Part shown: in pieces, positions 10,045 through 19,579 of the stretch
Numbering within the stretch: position 1 is the first letter of the stretch
Layout: each line of letters starts with the position of its first letter
NCBI GenBank assembly: GCA_944376195.1
Contig: CALWBW010000004.1
Coordinates: 14,313-78,312 of the forward strand
Origin: an uncultured Clostridia bacterium
GTDB taxonomy: Bacteria > Bacillota > Clostridia > Oscillospirales > QAMX01
Reading direction: 5' to 3'
Length of the DNA stretch: 64,000 bases
Notes under the pieces: model-generated
The model's input: only the letters and a program-made list of their open reading frames with translations
The model's database searches: none
What the model was told of the DNA's origin: nothing
Position numbers and translations under genes: made by a program

Positions 10045-11787
10045 TTATCGAGCTGCCTTTTCCCTGTAACGCTTCATAAAACCCTTTGCCAGTTCGACCA
10101 CATTGGCCTTCAATTCATCCGACAACGCTCCGGTCTGCTCAATCTCAATCCGGATATAAGGCGCCTCTTCTTCCAAATAACGCAGAAACGCTCGATGGAA
10201 CGCCCCGGTTTCCTCCGGTGCCAGCTCCTGGGTCACGTGGCTGAGCGCCACCACCAGCATCACCACCTGCTCATACTGCTGCAAGGGATGATACTGCTCC
10301 TGCTTTAAAAGCTGCATCAGACTCTGACCATACGCCAACTGGCGTTTGGTCGCATCGTCCAAATCACTGGAAAACTGCGTAAAGACCTCCATTTCCCGGT
10401 ACTGCGCCAAATCCAATCGAATGGTCCCGGTTGCGGACTTCATGGCTTTCGTCTGCGCATCACGACCCACACGGGAGACGGAAAGCCCCACATTCACCGC
10501 AGGTCGCTGTCCAGCAAAAAACAAATCGCTCTCCAGAAAAATCTGGCCATCTGTGATAGAAATAATGTTGGTAGGAATATAAGCAGACACGTCGCCGGCC
10601 TGCGTTTCCACAATCGGAAGCGCGGTCATGCTGCCGCCGCCCTTTTCGTCAGACAAATGTGCAGCGCGTTCCAGAAGCCGGGAATGCAGGTAAAAGACGT
10701 CGCCCGGGTATGCCTCACGTCCCGGAGAACGCTCCAGCAACAGGCTAAGCGCCCGATATGCAATGGCATGTTTGGACAAATCGTCATACACAATCAGGAC
10801 ATCTTTGCCCCTGTTCATAAAATACTCGCCCATTGCACAGCCCGCATAGGGAGCAATGTATTGAAGCGGCGCCGTATCGCTGGCCGACGCATTGACTACT
10901 ATGGTATAATCCATGGCGTCATGACGGCGGAGCGTCTCCACCAGCTGCGCGACAGAGCTGGACTTCTGCCCAATTGCCACATAAATGCAGATGACATCTT
11001 TCCCCTTTTGGTTTAAGATTGTGTCCAATGCAATCGCTGTTTTCCCGGTCTGACGGTCGCCGATAATCAGTTCACGCTGACCACGTCCGATAGGAAACAT
11101 CGAGTCAATTGCCAGAAGCCCGGTTTCCATCGGGCGATTGACCGGCTGACGGTCAATGATATTTGGAGCAGGTGCCTCAATCGGGCGATAATCTTCTTCC
11201 TGAATAGCGCCTTTTCCGTCAATGGGTGCGCCAAGCGCATTTATCACTCGACCGACAAAATCTTCGCCGACCGGAATACCAGCCATCATCCCCGTCCGTT
11301 TGACGATGCTTCCTTGCAAAATTTCCTGTTCTTCTCCAAAGAGAATACAGCCGATTTCCTTTTGCCTCAAATCCTGAACCATGCCGCGAATGCCAGAGGA
11401 AAAAATCAAAATTTCGCCATATGCGGCATGTTCCAAACCGCCAACCGTCGCAATCCCATCACCGACAGTTAAAACAGTTCCCACTTCCTCCGCCAAGGCA
11501 CGCGGCGTCCAGTTCTTTACAGTATCCTGCAAAAGCGGGATAATCCCGCCCGTCATGGAAGGGAGCTGTTTCCAGAGTTCTTGCAATTGTGCAAACCGGC
11601 CCTTCAAGCTCCAATCATATACATCGGAACCGATTTCCAGACGAAACCCGCTTGCAATTGTGGGGTCGTTTTCCCAAACCAAATCAACCTGTGCGCCGTA
11701 CTTTTCTTCCAAAAAGACAACGATTCGTTCTTTTTGAGACGCATCAGGCGGCGTCAATCCTTTCAGAACCGCTCGCAACTCACTCAT
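10045..11787 (-). CDS. atpA: F-type ATP synthase alpha subunit with N-terminal delta(OSCP) C-terminal-like domain
   Basis: [28 protein letters not shown]; 580 aa, with about 75 extra N-terminal residues containing [20 protein letters not shown]. Confidence 0.93.
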   Translation of the reverse strand: MSELRAVLKGLTPPDASQKERIVVFLEEKYGAQVDLVWENDPTIASGFRLEIGSDVYDWSLKGRFAQLQELWKQLPSMTGGIIPLLQDTVKNWTPRALAEEVGTVLTVGDGIATVGGLEHAAYGEILIFSSGIRGMVQDLRQKEIGCILFGEEQEILQGSIVKRTGMMAGIPVGEDFVGRVINALGAPIDGKGAIQEEDYRPIEAPAPNIIDRQPVNRPMETGLLAIDSMFPIGRGQRELIIGDRQTGKTAIALDTILNQKGKDVICIYVAIGQKSSSVAQLVETLRRHDAMDYTIVVNASASDTAPLQYIAPYAGCAMGEYFMNRGKDVLIVYDDLSKHAIAYRALSLLLERSPGREAYPGDVFYLHSRLLERAAHLSDEKGGGSMTALPIVETQAGDVSAYIPTNIISITDGQIFLESDLFFAGQRPAVNVGLSVSRVGRDAQTKAMKSATGTIRLDLAQYREMEVFTQFSSDLDDATKRQLAYGQSLMQLLKQEQYHPLQQYEQVVMLVVALSHVTQELAPEETGAFHRAFLRYLEEEAPYIRIEIEQTGALSDELKANVVELAKGFMKRYREKAAR

Positions 11788-12280
11788 GATTCTGCTCCTT
11801 TGACGCGGCGTCTAAAAAATCCTCGTAAATTTTTGAAGCATCGGTTTTCAACAGTTTCTGAGTCGCCTCAACTGCAAGCTGGGCAATTTCTTCTCTTGCC
11901 TCGCTCAACATTTTTTTACGTTCCATTTGTGCGGACTGCTGCGCGGCTGCAAGGAGCTTTTCGCTCTGCTCCTGCGCCTTTTTCAGCTGTGCGGCAGCGG
12001 CCAGTTCGGATTCCTTCGCGGCTTTCGATCTCAGCTGGCTGATTTCTGCTTCCGCCTGATCCAGCTGTTTTTGATATTCCGCCTCCATGGCCTCGGCATG
12101 CGCCAGTTTTTCTCCGGCAGCATCGTCCATACTTTGGTAATAAGCGGTCCGTTTTTCCATAAAGTTTTTCACCGGCTTATAAAGCAACAGATACAAGCCG
12201 CCTGCTAAAATTGCAAAGTTAAAAAGATGCAGAAGGATCTGCTGCCAATCGATATTCAACGGAACTCCCACGATCTTCAC
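11780..12280 (-). CDS. atpF: F-type ATP synthase b subunit
   Basis: N-terminal TM ([21 protein letters not shown]) followed by an Ala/Glu-rich coiled coil; operon position. Confidence 0.9.
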   Translation of the reverse strand: MKIVGVPLNIDWQQILLHLFNFAILAGGLYLLLYKPVKNFMEKRTAYYQSMDDAAGEKLAHAEAMEAEYQKQLDQAEAEISQLRSKAAKESELAAAAQLKKAQEQSEKLLAAAQQSAQMERKKMLSEAREEIAQLAVEATQKLLKTDASKIYEDFLDAASKEQNHE

Positions 12281-12286
12281 ACACCT

Positions 12287-12658
12287 TTACAATACAAATA
12301 TAATCAAAATTGCGACAATCAACGCATAAATAATAGCGGTCTCGATAAACACCAAGCCCAGCATCATCGTCGTACGAATGCGGCCTTCCGCCTCCGGCTG
12401 ACGGGAAATTCCCTCCGAAGATTTCGCGATGGCAATACCCATACCAACTGCGCCGCCCGCCGCCGCAAGGCCAACTGCTACGGCAGCTGCCAGTGCTTTA
12501 TCACCCGTGGAGTCGGCAGCGTCAGCCTCTTCTGTCAGGGCTGTCGGCGTCTCTACAGCCTCATCATTGGTCTCCCCCGCCGCAAATGCCGGCATAACAC
12601 AGAATGACGCCACCGCAATCAGCATCAGCAGGAATATCCACACATTTTTTCTGTTCAT
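12287..12658 (-). CDS. atpE: F-type ATP synthase c subunit with signal-peptide-like extension
   Basis: GLAAAGGAVGMG, RQPE loop, FIETAIIY with the carrier Glu; about 50 extra N-terminal residues. Confidence 0.92.
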   Translation of the reverse strand: MNRKNVWIFLLMLIAVASFCVMPAFAAGETNDEAVETPTALTEEADAADSTGDKALAAAVAVGLAAAGGAVGMGIAIAKSSEGISRQPEAEGRIRTTMMLGLVFIETAIIYALIVAILIIFVL

Positions 12659-12684
12659 TTTTCTCTACCTCCCGGTTATTCTGT

Positions 12685-13527
12685 TTACAGGCTCGCAGCC
12701 TGCTTTTTTAACTTTCTTGATTTTTGTTTCTGACGTGGTTCCGACACCTCTCCATAGAAAAGCGCCGTGAGCATCGTCAGAACATAGGCCTGTATCAGCG
12801 CATGCAGCAATGTGAATAATACGCCAACAACCACTGGCAAAACAAAGCTCAGACTGATGTAATAATAAACCAGCTCCGTAACCAAAAGCCCGCTGAGTAG
12901 TGCGCCAAAAAGACGGAAGCTCATAGAAATCGGCAGAGAAAAATCCTTTAACGTCTTTCCCACACCGCGGATTCCATTCCCTGCAATTCCACCGGACAAA
13001 ATCACCAGATAGGACAGACAGCCCATACAAATTGCAGCGTTAATATCGGACAGAGGTGCCGGCAAGGCAATAGACGTGCCCTCCACCGTAACTGCTTGGA
13101 ACCCAAACAATTCAAACAACGTCCCGACAAAAATATAAACACCTGCACCGAAAATGTATGCACCCAAAAAGCCGTTCTTGTGAGGACTGTTGGATTTTGC
13201 CAACCCATCAAATAGGGAAACTGCCTGTTCAATCAATAATTGCAATTTTCCCGGCACATAGCGGAACCTGGGAATGAGGAAAATGCGGATGCACGCCGCC
13301 AGACAGAGTAAAATTCCTGTCACCAAAAATCCGGAAATCATCGCCGGATTTACCTCCATAATCCCGAAAAGGCTAATTTTACCCGTTTCATGAAGAACGG
13401 CGTCGCGCATAACCACTTTGATGGATTCTTCTTCTCCGCCGTTCCCGGTTAAAATCCCGGCAACCAATAAAGCAAGTACGACACAAATCCAAATGGCGAT
13501 GCCTATCTTCCTTTTTTTCGCACTCAT
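12685..13527 (-). CDS. atpB: F-type ATP synthase a subunit (divergent)
   Basis: PGKLQLLIE, PLSDIN, SMSFRLFG (essential Arg), IQAYVLTML. Confidence 0.88.
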   Translation of the reverse strand: MSAKKRKIGIAIWICVVLALLVAGILTGNGGEEESIKVVMRDAVLHETGKISLFGIMEVNPAMISGFLVTGILLCLAACIRIFLIPRFRYVPGKLQLLIEQAVSLFDGLAKSNSPHKNGFLGAYIFGAGVYIFVGTLFELFGFQAVTVEGTSIALPAPLSDINAAICMGCLSYLVILSGGIAGNGIRGVGKTLKDFSLPISMSFRLFGALLSGLLVTELVYYYISLSFVLPVVVGVLFTLLHALIQAYVLTMLTALFYGEVSEPRQKQKSRKLKKQAASL

Positions 13528-13689
13528 ATGCCGCTCCTTTCTTGAAAAATATTAATATAATCACATATTTGCGCTTGCAAATATACGCAAAAAGTAACAA
13601 GACCGCCGGATAACTCCCGCGGCAAACAAAATATGGATGGCAACCAGTTGTCAGGAAAGTTTTCCTCATCCGCTTCTTAAAACAATATC

Positions 13690-13718
13690 ATTATAGCAAA
13701 GCGTTTTTTGGCTGTCAT
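13690..13718 (-). promoter_or_regulatory. Probable sigmaA promoter of the atp operon
   Basis: ATGACA-17-TATAAT with TG extension on the minus strand. Confidence 0.5.
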
Positions 13719-13906
13719 CGTCAAGATATCAAAAATTTTTTACGTCCTGGTAGGTTTCTTGAGAAAAATGTACAGAGCTTGTGATTAAATATTAGCATCA
13801 CTTCACTTTTTTCTCCAGTCTGACATATAAACAAGGAGGATTTCAGTTTGCAGGTCTTATTTTTTACAGCATGTAATAAACCCACGGTTTTCCTCGCGAT
13901 CCCCCC

Positions 13907-13942
13907 AAAAAACATCCCCCGGATTATCACTCCGGGGGATGA
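13907..13942 (-). terminator. Terminator of the hydrogenase operon
   Basis: CATCCCCC(C)GGA..TCCGGGGGATG stem followed by a T-run on the minus strand. Confidence 0.7.
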
Positions 13943-13998
13943 CTCTTACAGCATTCTCATTTCACGCTTTGACTGTATAACAGCCGTATACCGCACAA

Positions 13999-15744
13999 TT
14001 ATTCGTATTTCTTTCTGGCTACATACGTCGTATGCAGAATCTCATGCGCTTTGTGGCTGCCGGGTTTTTCGAGATAAGTCTCATAAATTTCCTTCACAAC
14101 CGGATTCTCATGGCTCTTACGAAGCGTCATTGCAGCGTCTTCGCTGTACAGAGCCTTAGCACGCTCCGCACGCAGATCAACAAAGTTCCGCACATAGCCG
14201 GGCTGATCAGGCTGACCGCCGCCGTTGACACAACCGCCGGGGCAGCACATGACTTCAATAAAGTGATAATTCTTCTCACCGGACTTCACACGGTCAAGCA
14301 ATTTTGCAGCATTGGCCAAACCGGAAGTAACCGCAACATTTACCTTCGTACCGCCGATATCGTAGGTAGCTTCTTTAATATCCTCCGTGCCACGTACTTC
14401 CGTATAATCTACAGTCGGAGCCGGAGCGCCGGTGACAATCTCATATACGGTACGCAGGGCAGCTTCCATAACGCCGCCGGTCGCGCCGAAGATATGGCCG
14501 GCACCGGACGCAATACCAAAGGCCGGATCAAATTCTTCGTCGGGCAGAGAATCAAACTGGATACCAGCGCGCTTAATCATGTTGGCCAGCTCCACTGTCG
14601 TGATGGAAACGTCAATATCCGGATAACCGGAAGCGCTCTGGTCTGCGCGGCCGATTTCGAACTTCTTGGCCGTACAGGGCATCACGGAAACTACGAAAAT
14701 GTCCTTCGGGTCAATTCCCGCTTTTTCCGCATAGTAAGTCTTCATCAACGCACCATACATCTGCTGCGGGGACTTACAGGAGGAGATGTTCGGAATAAAC
14801 TCCGGATAATATGTCTCGCAGAATTTTACCCAACCAGGGGAGCAGGAAGTGAGCAGCGGAAGTGTTCCGCCGTTTTTCATCCGCTCGAGCAACTCGGTGC
14901 CTTCTTCCATGATGGTAACATCTGCGGCGGTATCGACATCAAAGACCTTATCAAAACCAAGTCTTCTCAGCGCAGCAACCAGTTTTCCTTCCACATTCGT
15001 GCCGATCGGCATACCAAAGCACTCACCCAGCTGAGCGCGCACGGAAGGTGCAGGGCCTACGACAACATGCTTGGTCGGATCAGCAAGGGCGTCCCAGACC
15101 TTTTGCGTATCGTCCTTCGGCTGCAAAGCGCCGGTCGGGCAGACCGTGATGCACTGACCGCAGTTAATACAGGGCGTATCTGCCAAATCCATTTCAAACG
15201 GACTAGCAATGTGCGTCCGGAAGCCGCGCTCATTCGCGCCGATCACGGAAACAAACTGATTGGTACGGCACACCGCTTCACAGCGGCGGCAAAGAATGCA
15301 CTTGGAATTATCGCGAATCAGATGCGGGGCAGACGTATCGAGATCCACCGGAATCTCACGGCCGTCGCCATACTTATACTGATCAACGCCATACTCTTTT
15401 GCTAAAGTTGCCAGTTCGCAGTTCCCATTACGCGGGCAGGAGAGGCAGTCCATCCGGTGGTTAGAGAGGATCAATTCCAACGTTGTCTTTCTCGCCTTAC
15501 GCAGCGCAGGCGTATTGGTAAAGACCTCCATCCCATTGTTGACGGGATAAACGCAAGCGGCCGCAAGAGCGCGAGCGCCCTTGACTTCCACCAAGCACAT
15601 ACGGCAGGCGCCGATTGCATTGATTCCTTTTAAATAACACAGGGTCGGGATACGAACGCCCGCCATGTGTGCGGCTTCCAGAATTGTCGAACCTACCGGG
15701 GCGTCGACTTCTATGCCGTTTATCTTCACTTTTACGGTATCCAT
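13999..15744 (-). CDS. hydA: [FeFe]-hydrogenase catalytic subunit (HydA/HndD, NADH-linked/bifurcating type)
   Basis: N-terminal 2Fe-2S, His-ligated and 2x4Fe-4S domains; H-cluster motifs TSCSPGW, MPCTAKKFE, EVMCCPGGCVNGGGQP; small-subunit tail RKSHENP. Confidence 0.95.
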   Translation of the reverse strand: MDTVKVKINGIEVDAPVGSTILEAAHMAGVRIPTLCYLKGINAIGACRMCLVEVKGARALAAACVYPVNNGMEVFTNTPALRKARKTTLELILSNHRMDCLSCPRNGNCELATLAKEYGVDQYKYGDGREIPVDLDTSAPHLIRDNSKCILCRRCEAVCRTNQFVSVIGANERGFRTHIASPFEMDLADTPCINCGQCITVCPTGALQPKDDTQKVWDALADPTKHVVVGPAPSVRAQLGECFGMPIGTNVEGKLVAALRRLGFDKVFDVDTAADVTIMEEGTELLERMKNGGTLPLLTSCSPGWVKFCETYYPEFIPNISSCKSPQQMYGALMKTYYAEKAGIDPKDIFVVSVMPCTAKKFEIGRADQSASGYPDIDVSITTVELANMIKRAGIQFDSLPDEEFDPAFGIASGAGHIFGATGGVMEAALRTVYEIVTGAPAPTVDYTEVRGTEDIKEATYDIGGTKVNVAVTSGLANAAKLLDRVKSGEKNYHFIEVMCCPGGCVNGGGQPDQPGYVRNFVDLRAERAKALYSEDAAMTLRKSHENPVVKEIYETYLEKPGSHKAHEILHTTYVARKKYE

Positions 15745-15759
15745 TGTGTACGTCCCTCC

Positions 15760-17559
15760 TTACTTTCTCGATATTGCGCCGAATCTGCACTTTTCCATAC
15801 AGGCGCCGCACTTCAGGCACTTTTCCGGATCGATGACATGCGCTTCCTTGACCTTGCCGGTGATTGCCTCGGCAGGGCAAACTCTAGCGCAGGCCGTACA
15901 ACCACGGCACTTATCCGGATCGATCGTATAGCGCAATAGGTGCTTACAGACGCCCGCCGGGCAGCGCTTCTCCACAACATGCGCAACATACTCGTCACGG
16001 AAATAACGCAGCGTGGAAAGAACAGGGTTCGGAGCAGTCTGTCCAAGTCCGCAGAGGGAGTTGGCCTTGATGTGATAACACAGTTCTTCCAGTTTATCCA
16101 GATCTTCCAGAGTTCCGTTGCCTCTCGTAATCTTATCGAGAATTTCGAGCAGGCGCTTTGTACCAATGCGGCAGGGCGCGCACTTACCGCAAGACTCTTC
16201 AACGGTGAACTCCAGGAAGAACTTGGCGATATCTACCATACAGTCGGTCTCGTCCATAACAATCAGACCGCCGGAACCAACAATGGAACCAATTGCCGCC
16301 ATGCTCTCATAATCAAGAGGCGTATCAATGAGGGAAGCCGGGATACAACCGCCGGAAGGACCGCCGGTCTGTGCCGCCTTAAACTTCTTACCATTTGGAA
16401 TGCCGCCGCCGATATCTTCTACGACCTGACGGAGCGTTGTGCCCATCGGCACTTCCACAAGGCCGGTATTGTGAATCTTACCACCAAGGGCAAAGACCTT
16501 GGTACCCTTGGACTTCTCAGTACCCATGGAAGCAAACCAATCCGCACCCTTCAAGATGATCTGCGGAATGTTGGCGTAAGTCTCAACATTGTTCAGAATA
16601 GAAGGTTTCTGGAACAGACCCTTCTCAGCCGGGAACGGCGGACGCGGACGCGGCTCACCGCGATTTCCTTCAATGGAGGTCATCAAAGCAGTTTCTTCAC
16701 CGCACACAAACGCACCGGCGCCCAGACGGAGATCAATATCAAAATCAAAGCCCGTATCCAGAATGTTTTTACCAAGCAAGCCGTATTCACGAGCCTGTGC
16801 AATTGCAATCGACAAACGCTGAACGGCAATCGGGTACTCAGCACGGACATAAATATAACCCTGATTCGCGCCGATGGTATAACCGGCAATCGCCATAGCT
16901 TCCAGCACAGAGTGCGGGTCGCCTTCCAAAACGGAACGATCCATAAAGGCACCGGGGTCACCTTCGTCGGCGTTGCAGCAAACGTACTTCTGATCGTTTT
17001 CATACGCTCTTGCAAACTTCCACTTCATGCCGGTCGGGAAGCCTGCGCCGCCGCGGCCACGGAGACCGGATGCCAGCAACGTATTAATGACGTCATCCGG
17101 CGTCATTTCCGTCAGCACTTTGGCAAGCGCCATATAGCCGTCCCGGGCTATGTACTCGTCAATCACTTCCGGGTTGATTACGCCGCAGTTACGCAGCGCC
17201 ACACGCTTCTGTGCCTTATAGAAGTTCGTATCGCTCAAAGAAGAAACACCGTGCTCATTTGCCTTGTCTTCGGCGCCGTCGTTATAAATCAAACGCTCGA
17301 CAGGACGGCCCTTCAAAAGATGCTCTTCCACGATTTCCGAAACGTCCTCGTTCGTGACACGGCTATAGAACGTGCCTTCCGGATAGACGATCATGATGGG
17401 GCCGAGTGCGCACAACCCGAAGCAACCGGTCTGCACAACTTTAATTTCATCCGACAGGCCCTTTGCTGCCAGTTCATTTTCCAGATGCTCTCTGATCTTC
17501 TGGCTGCCCGACGAAGTACAGCCGGTACCGCCGCAAATCAATACATGTGAACGTATCAT
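15760..17559 (-). CDS. hydB: NuoF-like FMN/NADH-binding hydrogenase subunit (HydB/HndC)
   Basis: GLRGRGGAGFPTG, NADEGDPG, ESCGKCAPCR; N-terminal thioredoxin-like 2Fe-2S and C-terminal 2x4Fe-4S domains. Confidence 0.93.
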   Translation of the reverse strand: MIRSHVLICGGTGCTSSGSQKIREHLENELAAKGLSDEIKVVQTGCFGLCALGPIMIVYPEGTFYSRVTNEDVSEIVEEHLLKGRPVERLIYNDGAEDKANEHGVSSLSDTNFYKAQKRVALRNCGVINPEVIDEYIARDGYMALAKVLTEMTPDDVINTLLASGLRGRGGAGFPTGMKWKFARAYENDQKYVCCNADEGDPGAFMDRSVLEGDPHSVLEAMAIAGYTIGANQGYIYVRAEYPIAVQRLSIAIAQAREYGLLGKNILDTGFDFDIDLRLGAGAFVCGEETALMTSIEGNRGEPRPRPPFPAEKGLFQKPSILNNVETYANIPQIILKGADWFASMGTEKSKGTKVFALGGKIHNTGLVEVPMGTTLRQVVEDIGGGIPNGKKFKAAQTGGPSGGCIPASLIDTPLDYESMAAIGSIVGSGGLIVMDETDCMVDIAKFFLEFTVEESCGKCAPCRIGTKRLLEILDKITRGNGTLEDLDKLEELCYHIKANSLCGLGQTAPNPVLSTLRYFRDEYVAHVVEKRCPAGVCKHLLRYTIDPDKCRGCTACARVCPAEAITGKVKEAHVIDPEKCLKCGACMEKCRFGAISRK

Positions 17560-17577
17560 GTTGGTTTTCCCTCCAAA

Positions 17578-17949
17578 TTAGTTCTGAGCTGCGCCGATCG
17601 TATATTCGTGAACGATCTTACCGCCTTTGATGTGCTCTTCCACAACACGGCGGGCTTTTTCAGCAGTCATCTTAACATAGGTGACTTTATCTTTTCCGGC
17701 TTCAAAAATCTCCACGACCGGCTCGTACTGGCAAATACCAATGCAGCCCGTCTGGGTGACGGTTGCCTTTTCGGTCAGGCCCTGCTTGTTTACTTCCTCC
17801 ACAAACGCATTCAGCACAGGACGGGCTCCCGCCGCAATGCCGCAGGTGGCCATACCGACTACCACACGCATACCGGCTGTTCCATTACGCAGGGAGACCT
17901 TGTCTTTCATACTGTCACGGATTGCTTGGAGTTCCGCTAACGTTTTCAT
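17578..17949 (-). CDS. Thioredoxin-like 2Fe-2S ferredoxin subunit (HydD/HndB-like)
   Basis: VGMATCGIAAGA, TGCIGICQYEP. Confidence 0.88.
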   Translation of the reverse strand: MKTLAELQAIRDSMKDKVSLRNGTAGMRVVVGMATCGIAAGARPVLNAFVEEVNKQGLTEKATVTQTGCIGICQYEPVVEIFEAGKDKVTYVKMTAEKARRVVEEHIKGGKIVHEYTIGAAQN

Positions 17950-17991
17950 AGTGCTTTCCCTTCCCTTTTTTATATCAAATTCGTGGTTTAC

Positions 17992-18522
17992 TTAACAAAA
18001 CGGTTCATGCAAAAGTTCGGATACCCAGGCAAGAACCTCGGGCGTATCAAGCGGCACATCGCCCAATACTTCCCGCATTTCCCGCGTGGAGAGGCGTTTC
18101 TCCCCGGCTTCCGTCCGGTACAAAAATTCAAAATCAATGTCCGGACTGCCCTGAATGAGCGTCACCATCGTTCCCGCCACATCGCCAACCGGCACGCAGT
18201 CCAAATGGTTGATTCGGAAGGTTGCCTGTACGGTTGTCCCATGGTTTTCGCCCTGTTGCGAAGTGATCGTGAGTTTGCCCTCCGCTTGTTCCGCCGCAAG
18301 CTTCAGAAGCGGCAGGCCCATTCCGACAGGACGCGTGGTTCGCGTGGTCGTAAACGGATCGGTAACGTGCGCCAGGAACTCCGGACTCATACCGCATCCG
18401 TCGTCCCGGATTGTCAGCGTACGAATACCCGCTTCCTCAATCAGGAAAATTTCAATGCAGGTCGCTCCTGCCTTCACGGAATTCTTGGCAATATCCAGAA
18501 TGTTCAACGACAATTCTTTCAC
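17992..18522 (-). CDS. Stand-alone HATPase_c (histidine-kinase-like ATPase) protein
   Basis: DIAKNSVKA (N box), DDGCGM (G1), DPFTTT (F), GMGLP (G2); no HisKA domain visible. Confidence 0.85.
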   Translation of the reverse strand: MKELSLNILDIAKNSVKAGATCIEIFLIEEAGIRTLTIRDDGCGMSPEFLAHVTDPFTTTRTTRPVGMGLPLLKLAAEQAEGKLTITSQQGENHGTTVQATFRINHLDCVPVGDVAGTMVTLIQGSPDIDFEFLYRTEAGEKRLSTREMREVLGDVPLDTPEVLAWVSELLHEPFC

Positions 18523-19256
18523 AGCGCATCCCCTCTCAACACATCGATCAGCACTCTGCGTACATGCGCGCTGCTGTACGGTTCATCATCCAGCTCGATT
18601 GTACCGCCTGCATCTCCAATTGTCCAGAGATTGTGCGAATCGGAAGAACAAATCAACCGTTTTCCTGCCAGTCCGTACTTTTGCGTATAGTCTTCGCCAT
18701 TTTCCCGGTCCCGCAGTTCCAGCGCGGGAAACACCGGTTCCGGCGGCACCGTGCCCAGAATTGCAAGAAGTCCGTTTGCATCCCGGTCAATGTGCGCAGG
18801 ATACGCCGCGCCGCCATACCGCAAGACCAGCGCATAAGCCTCCTCAAGCGGCAGATCCGTCGCGGAGAGCAGAAGCAGTTCCTCTTCTCCCCTGACCGCA
18901 TCTTCTTCGTCCATCAAAAACTGATTGCCGAAGACCTCCTTCCGGTTTTTCACCGGAATCAGATGGGCCTTTACTTCCCGGTCAAAGGCAAGAGCCGGTT
19001 CCAGATCCGGAAACAGGCAGACCAGATGAATTTCCTCAGCCGTAGTCAATTCCATGCCGGGCACCGGGACAATCCCGTATTGACGGCATGCCTGCATAAA
19101 CGGCGCGCAATTGCCGCAGCTATTGTGGTCGGTTAACGCCAGCAGCTGCAAACCCGCCAGCGACGCCATTCCCGCAATATTGGCAGGCGTCATATCATCG
19201 TCCGCACAAGGAGACAGGCAGGAGTGGATGTGCAGATCGTAAGCGTACTGCGTCAT
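18519..19256 (-). CDS. PHP-family metal-dependent phosphoesterase
   Basis: DLHIHS, LTDHN, GMELT, AHIDR, SSDSH motifs. Confidence 0.9.
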   Translation of the reverse strand: MTQYAYDLHIHSCLSPCADDDMTPANIAGMASLAGLQLLALTDHNSCGNCAPFMQACRQYGIVPVPGMELTTAEEIHLVCLFPDLEPALAFDREVKAHLIPVKNRKEVFGNQFLMDEEDAVRGEEELLLLSATDLPLEEAYALVLRYGGAAYPAHIDRDANGLLAILGTVPPEPVFPALELRDRENGEDYTQKYGLAGKRLICSSDSHNLWTIGDAGGTIELDDEPYSSAHVRRVLIDVLRGDAL

Positions 19257-19579
19257 AAAAGTGCAGCAATCTTTGCACAGAGGGTAAAAGTATCCTGCGC
19301 GCTGGAATAGACGTTGATTCCCTTTGTCCGGGCCAGTTCCGCCACCTCAGGCTCCAGCGTAACGCCTTCCGCCAGAATCACAGCCGCCGTATCCGCAAGC
19401 GTCGCCACCGCAACGATATTGGCGTTTGACATGATCGTCACCCAGGCGTCTCCCGCCTGCGCGCGGCCCATCACCCAGGAGAGCAAATCTCCGGCGTAAC
19501 CGCCCGTTACTTCGCGCTGCGTATCGCCGGCGGCTATCTCTTCCAGATTCAAAGCGCACGCCATTTCCGCCACCGTCAC
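19253..19579 (-). CDS. DRTGG-domain protein
   Basis: GGYAGDLLSWVM, AWVTIMSN; GTG start overlapping the upstream TGA. Confidence 0.82.
   Translation of the reverse strand: MTVAEMACALNLEEIAAGDTQREVTGGYAGDLLSWVMGRAQAGDAWVTIMSNANIVAVATLADTAAVILAEGVTLEPEVAELARTKGINVYSSAQDTFTLCAKIAALL

Noticed and set aside
13760-13810. Rex operator near the atp or hyd promoters
   Set aside because: Only weak partial matches to TTGT[GT]AA-N4-TT[AC]ACAA.
14032-17550. Long plus-strand ORFs (457 and 536 aa) opposite hydA/hydB
   Set aside because: Antisense frames kept open by the codon bias of the real genes; no recognisable domains.
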